The notes under the pieces were generated by a model that saw only the letters and a list, made by a program, of their open reading frames with translations, was not told the DNA's origin and ran no database searches. A program made the translations under genes and the position numbers. Below are positions 44,301-64,000 of a DNA stretch of 64,000 bases, piece by piece. The stretch covers positions 192,001 to 256,000 of the forward strand of contig CM000435.1 of NCBI GenBank assembly GCA_000165345.1, given 5' to 3'. Position 1 is the first letter of the stretch; every line of letters starts with the position of its first letter.

Positions 44301-44444
44301 AATCCATACACCAGTTTGACCCTTTCTTTTTCCTAATTGATCCTCAAATTCCTTTATACCTCTCAATTCCAAAAATAAGTTCTCTCTCAATAGGCCATAC
44401 CTTAAAGTTTGTAGAAATTCCAAACTTTTATCCACTCCATTCAT
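41382..44444 (-). CDS. XAB2: Pre-mRNA-splicing factor SYF1/XAB2 (HAT-repeat NTC-associated protein), 1020 aa, with a long acidic Ser/Asp-rich C-terminal tail
   Basis: FWSSWNQFELEYGNEDTIKDMLRIKKNVA matches human XAB2 [29 protein letters not shown] almost exactly. LPIEQHHKIWERYLEYS matches LPITQHSRIWPLYLRFL. There are multiple HAT (half-a-TPR) repeats. Confidence 0.85.
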   Translation of the reverse strand: MNGVDKSLEFLQTLRYGLLRENLFLELRGIKEFEDQLGKRKGQTGVWIEYISKIRRDIEINRDGLSHEVAYMMDKTELNNELDEWKNRDAQEKQGIDDNNLELMYKQDYCLLILRRALSSTNRRVSSIWVEYLSFMEDYENFMEIKLSKRLIGLDLTEEYENSLKSCNDLDLWLRYNAYLRKSRLEFTNSRLVLDRSLKSLPIEQHHKIWERYLEYSMEMNIPELSISISRRFILFSYVEGIRMYIQALIDGGRYEECLDKLIDIVLKKEGNLRIQQTFEGLKKGVLVGGVNYKIGEMDDLIGLILVIITEYVLKIDYNKILTYTMNLMLEKLRTCDSRVYQDINNENIQDDEDQQKMKPIFRLTFGEVVCKVSEIFMKLANWEQVKSTFNFGIENCLFVYDFITIYDSLMMFSTIHLNRMLKSSQSLDSSLSNKNEYSPEIIENNILNLEKVIKDHKKLLFRTMVKSDTNNVSRWIEYINVLIQNETIEKKSHPSLEVVKVFEEALETIDFSIIKDKSKNVFWIFYASYMTSSIDNGHDRLDIDKKKSSKSDQLIDLARDIFERSLSEDYIEDYSLIWTEWIEMELRFGNFEEALNLSRRSICMAKEQKSKITLRNGRIWNLAADLEMSFGTLESSRALIEDLFESGMATANLLVTFGSYLRDKECYEESFSLYERSINCLTIQFSFGLWLDYIDSFISHYNNGLNIIKLFDDSDIDTTIYGNLKIDRLRDVFDQCLESLISWKKSSLKEKDRKYYLNCVFIAYGIYSAYEAKIGRVSRSFDILNRAMNELEDHDQHKLNLYSKWIKLTLKCRDISYTRKIFDMAIDDIKASDIIIRLSLRYINFELNMGEVNRVRSIFIFAGDLIPNIYLMNEHIEIFNKFWSSWNQFELEYGNEDTIKDMLRIKKNVALVSGHSNINSIQINQQREDQKSNDLMEQTESSDNNSEDRNTSSDSDDDIILSTSSDEQSDLNKKSDEEMSNSDSSSGSDSDLVSYSENESDSDLQIKQGDGNSNRDEEL

Positions 44445-44531
44445 TGCAATATATATTACTTAAACCAATTTTTTTTTCCTCCTTCACTCTTTCTTTCAGC
44501 ATATTTAGTTACTTTTATTTACTCCCACAGA

Positions 44532-44560
44532 GGCGCCAAAATGTCGGCGCCTGACATTTT
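44532..44560. promoter_or_regulatory. Two GGCGCC E2F cores, the second at the centre of a 23-bp near-perfect palindrome AAAATGTC-GGCGCC-TGACATTTT, 90-115 bp upstream of the SYF1 ATG
   Basis: Read directly: GGCGCCAAAATGTCGGCGCCTGACATTTT. Confidence 0.45.
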
Positions 44561-44829
44561 CTTTTTTTTTCTGCATGTAATTTTATTAAGATGATTTTTT
44601 TTATTTAATTTTTATTACAACTTTATAAATGTTAAAAAAAAAAGAAAGAAAAATTAATCAAAAGAATACGGAATTTTAATAATTCTGAAAATATTTAATT
44701 ATTTCTTTTTAATACTATGATGTTATTTTTAATTAATTAAGGAGTTCATTATGAATTTATATATTAATCTATATATATTGAATAAACATTAATATAAATA
44801 TATCTAATTATATTTCTATTAGTATATAT

Positions 44830-47800
44830 TTACAATTTCTTTGGAACCAATTTTGTCTTTACAGTAATTTTTGCTACTGTTTTTGGTTGTATTAAATTAG
44901 TCTTAATCTCTATTTTCTTTGGCATTGCAACTTTTACATTTGATAAATCTAATTTAGCTCCCAATTTAGCTCCAGGTACTAATGGTTTTGGTACTGCACT
45001 AACAGGTTGAGGTGACTTCATCAATACTTTTGATTGAGGTAAAGAAGATGATAATGATGTATTATTTGAATTTGAAGTAGTTTTCAATACTAATTTCTTT
45101 GTAGTAGGTTCTGGATTCTTATTTAATAAAACTAATTGTTTTGGTGAAGCTATATTTGCACTTATTTTCTTTAATTCACTACTCTTAGCCGTTAAATCCT
45201 TCTTTGGTAGAGATTTTGAACTTGAAGTTATTGAATTTGAATTCAAAGATGATAGTGTAGAAGATAATGGTAAACCTAATTTTGCTGGTGATTTGGATAC
45301 TTTACCACCGTCTTTAACTGATGATTTACCTTCAGATTGTTTTGGATTTAATAAACTTGAAGACTTTCCACTTCCCAAAATTGAATTGCCTTTAAGTGCC
45401 ATCTTACCATAATTATTAAATCCAACTTTACCTGCTGATTTATCTTTTTTAAACATAATCTCCATATGATCTTTTCTTTTCTTCATAATTAATTCTTTTA
45501 GTTCTTTTATTTGGAAAGTATCCATATTTCCTTGAGTATATATTGTAGAATCTGAACCTATTGAATAATTTCCACAATAACCTTTCTTCATTACTATTGG
45601 CTCCAAATATCCTTTTCTAAACAAATATTCATGTTTATCTTCAGATTTATCTGATAATTCCAATTCTGGAATACCTCTATATTCTTTTTTTGGTAATGGC
45701 AATTCTAAATCAGGATCATCATGATTTATATCATAAATCTTCTCCTCTATTGTAAGTTTCTCTAATAATCTCTCAACTCTTTGCATTATATGAGACCATA
45801 ATTCCTCAGTAGATATCTTATCTTCTTCTGATAAAGAAGAATACCATAATCCTTGATTTAATAAAGCTTCATTTCTTAATTTTAAGAAATCATTCCATGT
45901 AGAATTTAATAATTCAAAAGGTGTAAATCCATTTGCATCTCTTTGTGTTAACATTGGACTTATATCATATACACTATTTAAAAATGATATTATATCAAAA
46001 CAATTCTTCAATCTTGTTAACATTTCTCTTGGTGAAATATATAAAAACTCTGCTATTGGAGTATGTATTGGAATAGATAATATTTTTGTTGAAGAATTAT
46101 TTCCAAATCCTGTATTTGAAGTACCCATTGAATATATATAAGTCTTTAAATCTTTATTATTATATCCATTATGTGATATTAATGGTAAATCATTCAATTT
46201 TTTTGGTAATTGAAAACTCAATGTTGTATTACAACATAATCCTAAAGCTAACATATGTAATGCATTCATTTTAAGTGTATCTGATCTATGACTTAAATTT
46301 GCACCTTTTTCTAACAATAAACGTACTGTTTCAAATTTTAAACCATATATTCCTAATAATAATGGAGTATTCCCCTGATAATTTTCTTTATTTATTTCAC
46401 TTCCATATTTTAATAATATTTCCACAGTCTCTATATGACCTTCTAATGAAGCTAAATGTAATGGTATTGCTAATTCAATATTCTCAACATTTGGATCTGT
46501 ACCTCCATGTATTAATTCTGAACATAAAAATTTTCTACCTTTAAAAGCTGCAATATGTAATGGTGTATTAGATCCTAACCATTTTATTGTTTTACCATAT
46601 AATAATTTATATCTATTAGAACCCCGCTCTGGCATTTTTTCCCCTGATTTACTGGCAAATGCATGTTTTTTTCGAATGCATGCATTCGCCCCCAAATGCT
46701 CGCCATTATCCTCAGAATTTTCTTTTTTGTAAGTTTTTGAACTTTTTTCCATATCCAAGGCAATTGCTTTACGTATCATATCTCTGGCTATTATTGCAGA
46801 TTTTTTATCATTTTGTATATCAAGACTTTCTTCTTCTAATTCTGGATATGTACATAAAGCATGTATTGGTGTAATACCATATTCATTTTTAAAAAATAAA
46901 TCAGAACCTTCTTCTAATAATAATGCACACACATCATCTCTTAAATTACTTGCAGCCATTCCAAGAAGATTTAATCCAGTTGGTAAATAAGTTACTTTAT
47001 TTAATAATATATCTTTAACCTGACCAACTAATAATTGAGCAATACCCATTAAATGACCTTTAATTGAAGCAATAAATAAAAGAGCACTATATTCAGATAA
47101 AGTTGAAAGATAATCAGCACTTTTTGAAATAGTACTATTACCAAGAATTTCACGATTAAGATTAGAAAATAAATCAATAGAAGCAATACGAATTCTCATA
47201 TTACTTGGTGGTGTCATAACTCCCAAAATGGATGAATAAAGGCGCATTCTTGATAAACAATAATAATAAATTGGACTTTTTGGTCCATAACATACCATAC
47301 TATTATATAAAGATAACCAAGAGCATTCCATAATAAGATCTTTGGAATTATTAAAAACACCTCTTTGTGAGACTTTTTGTATCATTTCTTTCTTGTAAAT
47401 AATATCAGCCAGATTAAGAAATAAATGAACTTTTTCATGATAACAACTTGGAAATACTTTATTTGATGAAACAATGATTGGCTTACAGTATTTATAAGAC
47501 ATTTTAGAATCATTTGAATTTGAGAAATTGTATAAACCAACAAGATGGGATCTAGAGTTATATATTAAATAATGATTATTATGGGTAATAAGGGAAAAAT
47601 TATTAATGAATTTTTCAAAAAGTTTTCTAGCTTCAATATCTTTTCCATCATTAAAAGAATTGATTGCTAATTTATAATGATTTTCCATTTTTGAAACCAA
47701 TTCATTACAACAAGTATTTATTTCATTGGAGAATTCACCACAGTTACTACATTTCCATTTAATTTGTACTTCACCAGATTTACAATTAATTCTGGCTCTT

Positions 47801-49512
47801 TCACAGAGAGTTTTAATATCAGATGTCATTTTATCTTCATTTTTAGCCATTGATAAAGGTAAAAAACTATCTTTAGTAGGTCTATCTCTTGAAAAAAGGT
47901 TGGATTTCTTTGGTAAAATACTTTTGGAAATAATTCTCAAGTTTGATTGGGAGGAATTTGGCTCAACAACTTCTGATTTTTTAAAAATTGGAGAAGGTAC
48001 TAAAAATCCAATAATACAGAATGGACATCTAATTCCTTCTAAGAATAAGTTATTTTCTGAATCATCCAGACATCTAGAGCACATGCAAGCAAAAACTTTT
48101 GGACTATTAATGATGGATTTTCTTTTAAAAGTTGGCTGATAAAGATCTAAAATATATGAGATTGTAAGATTCGCATTTTCTGGTATATTGTATGCAGATC
48201 TGATACATAATTTATGTTCATCATTCATATAGTAAACGCAGGATGGAATACATGAATGTTGGAATTTACTAGCTTTTTCAAAGAAACCAAGGCCTGTAGA
48301 AACTGGAACTGGGGAAGAATTAAAAGCAGAAGATGCTGAACTAATAATGATTGGAAGTTTATTAGAGTATAATGTGATTAGAAATGATCTAAGTTCTTTT
48401 CTTGAGAAATAAAGTCTTAAATGTATTGGAATTACGCGGATAAATTCTTGAGTAATAAAATCAAATATTGAAAATAGATCTGGGGAAACAATTTCAATAA
48501 TATCAGAATATGATGGAAGATCCAGTAGTTTCTGTGAGACTCCTTCAGTTTTAATTAAAAGTGAGATGGAGTCTAAATGAGTTTGAATTAAACATCTGAG
48601 TGCTAGAAGAAGAAAAGAAACAGGAAGACCAGATTCATTTGAGATTACAATAATCGCTCCAATATGTTCACATTCAAGTTCATGTCTTCTACTATATTTA
48701 ACCATACATTCCCAACGACAAAATACAAATGGACAAGTATTTGGATGTACAGAACAGCTAAAAGCATGGTCATAAACTTCTCTTTCTCTTAAACAATGAA
48801 AACAAGTTGTTTGTATGTCTAAATTACTTGGTATTTCTGGTGCTAATGCATATGGTTCTTCAACATGTACAAGATCTCCAACATTGATTTGGCTATTTGA
48901 AATTGGGGTTGTGAATTTATCCAAAGTTGTGGATGAGAATCCTGATTGAAAGTTTATCTTTTCAAATTTATATTGGCTAATATATTCAAGTTTTCTCTCA
49001 TCAAATGGAAGTTCATCATCAAAATTGAATCCAATTAGAGATTTTGACTTTAGACCTAAAGGAAGCCTACATATCTGAAAAATCAATGTATCCAAGATTG
49101 ATCCTGAGGCTATTTTTGCATCGTAATCATTATCATTTGTCATGAATCTCACACCCATTATATGTTCATAACTTTTAAAGTAATTACCAATTTTCATATA
49201 AAGTAATGAAATAAAAGAATGAGATTCCAAGCTTCGAGGTTCAGTAAAGAGAAATCTTTTGATTTGTTTTATTGCTAATAAGCTATCTCCTTGACGCACT
49301 AAAGATCGACAAATTTCCAACAAGGATTCAACAGCCTCTTTATAATTGGAAGAAGATCCATCAATTTTTTTAAATTCACGACTAACAAATGAACTTTTTC
49401 CACTTTTTGATTTCTCAAAGATTTTCTGCAAAGTTTCTATATTAATGTTTTTTTTATGACTTATTTCAGATTTCTTTGGAAGGTCCAATATATCAACTAA
49501 GCTGGTAATCAT
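44830..49512 (-). CDS. SET-domain protein with a MYND-like zinc finger and ankyrin repeats (SMYD-like putative lysine methyltransferase), 1560 aa, with a Lys/Ser/Pro-rich basic C-terminal tail
   Basis: MYND-like cluster CFHCLREREVYDHAFSCSVHPNTCPFVFCRWECMVKYSRRHELEC. SET-domain core motifs GLGFFEKASKFQHSCIPSCVYY (NHSC-type) and ENANLTISYI. Ankyrin repeats GSNTPLHIAAFKGRKFLCSELIHGGTDPNVENIELAIPLHLASLEGHIETVEILLKYGSEINKENYQGNTPLLLG. Confidence 0.65.
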   Translation of the reverse strand: MITSLVDILDLPKKSEISHKKNINIETLQKIFEKSKSGKSSFVSREFKKIDGSSSNYKEAVESLLEICRSLVRQGDSLLAIKQIKRFLFTEPRSLESHSFISLLYMKIGNYFKSYEHIMGVRFMTNDNDYDAKIASGSILDTLIFQICRLPLGLKSKSLIGFNFDDELPFDERKLEYISQYKFEKINFQSGFSSTTLDKFTTPISNSQINVGDLVHVEEPYALAPEIPSNLDIQTTCFHCLREREVYDHAFSCSVHPNTCPFVFCRWECMVKYSRRHELECEHIGAIIVISNESGLPVSFLLLALRCLIQTHLDSISLLIKTEGVSQKLLDLPSYSDIIEIVSPDLFSIFDFITQEFIRVIPIHLRLYFSRKELRSFLITLYSNKLPIIISSASSAFNSSPVPVSTGLGFFEKASKFQHSCIPSCVYYMNDEHKLCIRSAYNIPENANLTISYILDLYQPTFKRKSIINSPKVFACMCSRCLDDSENNLFLEGIRCPFCIIGFLVPSPIFKKSEVVEPNSSQSNLRIISKSILPKKSNLFSRDRPTKDSFLPLSMAKNEDKMTSDIKTLCERARINCKSGEVQIKWKCSNCGEFSNEINTCCNELVSKMENHYKLAINSFNDGKDIEARKLFEKFINNFSLITHNNHYLIYNSRSHLVGLYNFSNSNDSKMSYKYCKPIIVSSNKVFPSCYHEKVHLFLNLADIIYKKEMIQKVSQRGVFNNSKDLIMECSWLSLYNSMVCYGPKSPIYYYCLSRMRLYSSILGVMTPPSNMRIRIASIDLFSNLNREILGNSTISKSADYLSTLSEYSALLFIASIKGHLMGIAQLLVGQVKDILLNKVTYLPTGLNLLGMAASNLRDDVCALLLEEGSDLFFKNEYGITPIHALCTYPELEEESLDIQNDKKSAIIARDMIRKAIALDMEKSSKTYKKENSEDNGEHLGANACIRKKHAFASKSGEKMPERGSNRYKLLYGKTIKWLGSNTPLHIAAFKGRKFLCSELIHGGTDPNVENIELAIPLHLASLEGHIETVEILLKYGSEINKENYQGNTPLLLGIYGLKFETVRLLLEKGANLSHRSDTLKMNALHMLALGLCCNTTLSFQLPKKLNDLPLISHNGYNNKDLKTYIYSMGTSNTGFGNNSSTKILSIPIHTPIAEFLYISPREMLTRLKNCFDIISFLNSVYDISPMLTQRDANGFTPFELLNSTWNDFLKLRNEALLNQGLWYSSLSEEDKISTEELWSHIMQRVERLLEKLTIEEKIYDINHDDPDLELPLPKKEYRGIPELELSDKSEDKHEYLFRKGYLEPIVMKKGYCGNYSIGSDSTIYTQGNMDTFQIKELKELIMKKRKDHMEIMFKKDKSAGKVGFNNYGKMALKGNSILGSGKSSSLLNPKQSEGKSSVKDGGKVSKSPAKLGLPLSSTLSSLNSNSITSSSKSLPKKDLTAKSSELKKISANIASPKQLVLLNKNPEPTTKKLVLKTTSNSNNTSLSSSLPQSKVLMKSPQPVSAVPKPLVPGAKLGAKLDLSNVKVAMPKKIEIKTNLIQPKTVAKITVKTKLVPKKL

Positions 49513-49963
49513 TTCTTCAATTTGATTATGGTTAATATACCTTTTTTTCTCTGGTAATAATAATTCATATTATTAAAATTAACAATAATATAATATAATT
49601 ATAAATTTCCGCTTTATAAATTCAGGAAAACATAAATCAGCTTTTCATATTCAGCCAAGTAGTATGCATTTGGTCAGCTTTAATTATTTAAATTATTGAT
49701 AACGATACAATCTCAAAAAAAACTGATGAGATAAAAAAAAATAATGATAAAAATAAAAATAAAAATAATATGGTAAGATTTATTAATTACGATTGAATTT
49801 CCCTATTTAATGGTCTATTTTGTTTCGTTGTCAACATATTACATGCATTTACCGGTCATTAATAGATCCACATAAATGGCGCCTGATTTGGGAGATGGTC
49901 ACCCCACAATATCGGGTGGTGCATGCAATATAAGTAAACAAGTTGGATAAATTTAAAGAAAAG

Positions 49964-51337
49964 CTATAAAAGTACCCACTCATGGGAGTGGAGATCATTT
50001 TCGTAGAAAAAGTCGATATTAATACTATTTTGGGTTTCGGAAGAAGATGTATGATTATTTCGTTCGCCAATAAACTCTGAGAGAGTGGTAGTGTTGGAGT
50101 TTGACCTTTGAATAATTGGAAGACTACTATCTGAGAAATTAGTAACTTGATTGGAAGAAATATCAATTTTATCAAGATGGATTTCTTGAGATACACATGA
50201 TGTGAATGTATTAATTGAATTAATAATTGATGATTGAATTGTATTTCCAGGTTTGATAATAGAAGTGCTTAAAAGCGAATCATTTGATGAGAGTACTTTA
50301 TTTATGGTATTAAAAGTTTCTATGGGACTTAAAGGTTCTGATGGTTTATTTTCTAATAATGAGTTATTAGTATTTTGGAATTCACAGTTTTGATTAAGTT
50401 TCAGAGCATTATTGTATTGATCAATATTTAAAGCATCAATAGAATTGATCATAAAATTTGAAATGAATTGGTTTAATGACGAAATTATGTTAAAAATGAG
50501 CTTTCTCTTTGGGTTATCAAATTTGAAAAGAAAAAAGTAATCCTGGAGAAACTGAGTATTCATATCACATATTCTATCAGACCAACAAAGACCGCCTGCA
50601 CTATTATAAACAAGGAATCTAAGATTGAATTTGTTAAATAGAATACATTTGTCAAAACAAAAATACTTGGAAGGATCAACAAAGTTGAGTCTTTCACAGA
50701 AAATTTGTGAGGATCCTTCATTTTGGTTACTTGTAATTAAAATAGCTTCTTCTGAATTGTGATTATTAAAGAGTTTAACAAGAAAAATATTGAATAAAGG
50801 TTCTTCATTTGTCACAGAATTTTCCAATTTTTTGTCTTGAAAAAGGTTCAAAGCTTCAAAAACAAACTCACGTATTCCTTTTGAATCATGAATAAGATTT
50901 AGGGATCCAATAATATTAGAATAAAAATTTTTATATAAGGAATCTTTTTGAAGATTCAATTCAGATTTTATCAGGCTCATTTTAAGCTCAAATTTAGCTT
51001 CAGAGAGTGAATAAGACTCTATTATTGGCGAAATTACTATTGTTTCTAAGTCATGTTCAGTAATATTTAAGAAATTGTAAAGAGATTCCACCCATTTTAG
51101 TTTGCATGTATTTACTATTAAGGCACAATTTTCATCTTCTTGGGATAAACTATTAGGATTAGTAATGCATATAAGTGCTTTAATTAGGCTCATTAAGTTA
51201 CAAGTTTGGATTTTCAAGGTTTTATAATAATTCATAAGAAGTTTATTGGAAGATGAAAACGCATCATTTTGAAGAGTTAAATGTTCCAAGAGTTTTTCAA
51301 GTCCCCGGTCATCGTCTTCATGCTCTTTCCTGCTCAT
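49964..51337 (-). CDS. Hypothetical protein, 457 aa. No family recognised.
   Basis: Complete ORF with typical local codon usage. The overlapping 115-aa ORF at 49849..50196 in another frame is judged spurious. Confidence 0.45.
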   Translation of the reverse strand: MSRKEHEDDDRGLEKLLEHLTLQNDAFSSSNKLLMNYYKTLKIQTCNLMSLIKALICITNPNSLSQEDENCALIVNTCKLKWVESLYNFLNITEHDLETIVISPIIESYSLSEAKFELKMSLIKSELNLQKDSLYKNFYSNIIGSLNLIHDSKGIREFVFEALNLFQDKKLENSVTNEEPLFNIFLVKLFNNHNSEEAILITSNQNEGSSQIFCERLNFVDPSKYFCFDKCILFNKFNLRFLVYNSAGGLCWSDRICDMNTQFLQDYFFLFKFDNPKRKLIFNIISSLNQFISNFMINSIDALNIDQYNNALKLNQNCEFQNTNNSLLENKPSEPLSPIETFNTINKVLSSNDSLLSTSIIKPGNTIQSSIINSINTFTSCVSQEIHLDKIDISSNQVTNFSDSSLPIIQRSNSNTTTLSEFIGERNNHTSSSETQNSINIDFFYENDLHSHEWVLL

Positions 51338-51550
51338 TCTGGCTCTGAATCTTCTTTGAATGTTTTAATGGCCACATCGCCAACTTTTTTGTTGATTTTT
51401 ATAATAATAATAATAATATTATTATAATCATGGATGAATTCTATACGCAAATTTTTAGCGCATAATGGTAAAATTTGAAATAATCAAGAAAATAAAAATA
51501 TTAATTATTTAATTAATTAGCAAGCAAGGAAAAAGTATATAAAATCTAAT

Positions 51551-52612
51551 GTGTCAATAATGACAGAAGAGATCATTTACAGCTATAAAAGGTCAAAAAA
51601 TCCTTCGGAGTTGATTCATATTTCAAATCTTGGTAGAAAGTGCTATTTCGGATTAGAGGAAGATCTTCTGAAAGAGTTTCAAGTATTTGGAGAAGTTAAA
51701 GAATTTCATTTGGGTGAAAATTCGAATTCTTTTGTATTATTTGCAAATTTACCCGCCTCAATACGATTTTACGAGCATTGCATGCAACTGCATGCAGAAG
51801 AAACACCAGTGTTGATTGGTGGTAGAAGAATAAAGGCAAGTTACTCACAGAGAGTTGAAATAAAAAATGTTATTGAACAAAAAAATGAAGATTATGATGA
51901 AAATAAAAGATTTTTAGCAGATAAAGGATTGGTTTTAGTGGAAGATTTTATCAATAAGTTAGAGGCTATTGAATTATTAGACTGGATTGACAATAATGGT
52001 CAGTGGGAGACTAAATTAAATCGAAAAGTGCAACATTATGGTTATTCTTTTGATTATAATAATAAAACAATAAGTTCTGTATGGGAGAGAGATATTCCAC
52101 CTATATTAAATCGTCTTATAGAAAGAATGTTATCATTAAAGATAATAACAGAAGTTCCTGACCAGATTACAATAAATGAATATGAAGTAGGAAAGGGTAT
52201 TGGCCCACATATAGATTCTCATCATACAATTGGTGAAAATATATCAGTAATATCTTTAGGAAGTGGCATTTTGTTTGAATTTAACGAATTATCAAAACGT
52301 AAAAATCCTGATTGTTCTTCTAAAGAAGGCAGTGGATCGAGAAAGTATGATCGTATTAGTAAAAGAACAGTATATATACCAGAAAACAGTTTATATATAA
52401 TGAAAAATGAGATAAGGTATGCTTGGGAGCATGGAATAAAGTCAAGAATGTATGATAAAATACAAGGAAAATTTCAACAAAGAAAAAGAAGAGTTTCAAT
52501 AACAATAAGAAAGTATATAGAAAGTCATTATAATTATCCATGTGAATGCGATTACAAAGATTTCTGCGATAGCAGAGATCCTTCTATTAGAATTTTGCCT
52601 GAAAGAATATAA
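51551..52612 (+). CDS. ALKBH8-type protein: N-terminal RRM-like domain, AlkB 2OG-Fe(II) oxygenase domain and C-terminal Cys zinc knuckle, with no methyltransferase domain, 353 aa
   Basis: RKVQHYGYSFDY, the iron ligands in GIGPHIDSH (HxD) plus the downstream WEHG, and the 2OG-binding RVSITIRK followed by PCECDYKDFCDS. These align with the human ALKBH8 stretch PHVDTH...[24 protein letters not shown]. The N-terminal IHISNLG...FVLFANLPAS is RRM-like. Confidence 0.8.
   Translation: MSIMTEEIIYSYKRSKNPSELIHISNLGRKCYFGLEEDLLKEFQVFGEVKEFHLGENSNSFVLFANLPASIRFYEHCMQLHAEETPVLIGGRRIKASYSQRVEIKNVIEQKNEDYDENKRFLADKGLVLVEDFINKLEAIELLDWIDNNGQWETKLNRKVQHYGYSFDYNNKTISSVWERDIPPILNRLIERMLSLKIITEVPDQITINEYEVGKGIGPHIDSHHTIGENISVISLGSGILFEFNELSKRKNPDCSSKEGSGSRKYDRISKRTVYIPENSLYIMKNEIRYAWEHGIKSRMYDKIQGKFQQRKRRVSITIRKYIESHYNYPCECDYKDFCDSRDPSIRILPERI

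Positions 52613-64000
<11,388 letters not shown>

Noticed and set aside
49849-50196. 115-aa minus-strand ORF overlapping the 3' end of the 457-aa gene
   Set aside because: It is in a different frame and overlaps a longer ORF, with hydrophobic low-complexity translation. Judged to be a chance ORF.
51775-51800. TGCATGCAACTGCATGCAG inside the ALKBH8-like CDS (and similar GCATGC hits inside the giant gene near 62620)
   Set aside because: They are in frame and encode CMQLHAE. Two hexamer hits in coding sequence are compatible with chance or codon usage, so they are not called regulatory.

Overview
This is an AT-rich (about 70% A+T), gene-dense eukaryotic window. There are about 19 protein-coding genes on both strands, short spacers of 150-1000 bp and only a few very short GTAAGT..AG introns. 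Spacers contain many TGCATGCA and E2F-like (TTTGGCGGGAAA / GGCGCCAAA) motifs. Taken together this looks like a Cryptosporidium-type apicomplexan chromosome segment, not a prokaryotic or mobile-element region. I found no rRNA or tRNA genes, no CRISPR array and no transposon.

Recognisable genes, by protein similarity:
- XPD/ERCC2 helicase (5' part, runs off the left edge)
- queuine tRNA-ribosyltransferase
- a 4-exon Patched/NPC1-like sterol-sensing-domain transporter
- HEATR1/UTP10
- eIF2A
- phosphoglycerate kinase, with a 15-codon first exon that the ORF track missed
- NatA auxiliary subunit NAA15
- a seipin-like protein
- an SRSF2-like SR protein
- Sec61 alpha
- SYF1/XAB2
- a SET-MYND-ankyrin lysine methyltransferase-like protein
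- an ALKBH8-type RRM-AlkB oxygenase
- the C-terminal 3,794+ aa of a giant P-loop/helicase-motif/EF-hand protein with Gly-rich low-complexity arrays
- several lineage-specific hypothetical proteins

I did not find a defence-island-like system. The observations most worth a second look are:
- A recurrent GC-rich intergenic composite element (ACGTATACCGGC, then GCATGCATGC, then GACACGTAAT). It occurs in five spacers, always in the same orientation, and three of those are 3'-3' convergent spacers.
- Previously unmodelled introns in PGK and the Patched-like gene.
- A twinned G-box element upstream of PGK.
- A 23-bp GGCGCC-centred palindrome upstream of SYF1.
- A 500-bp AT-microsatellite island in the longest gene-free spacer.
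- The giant repeat-bearing NTPase gene.
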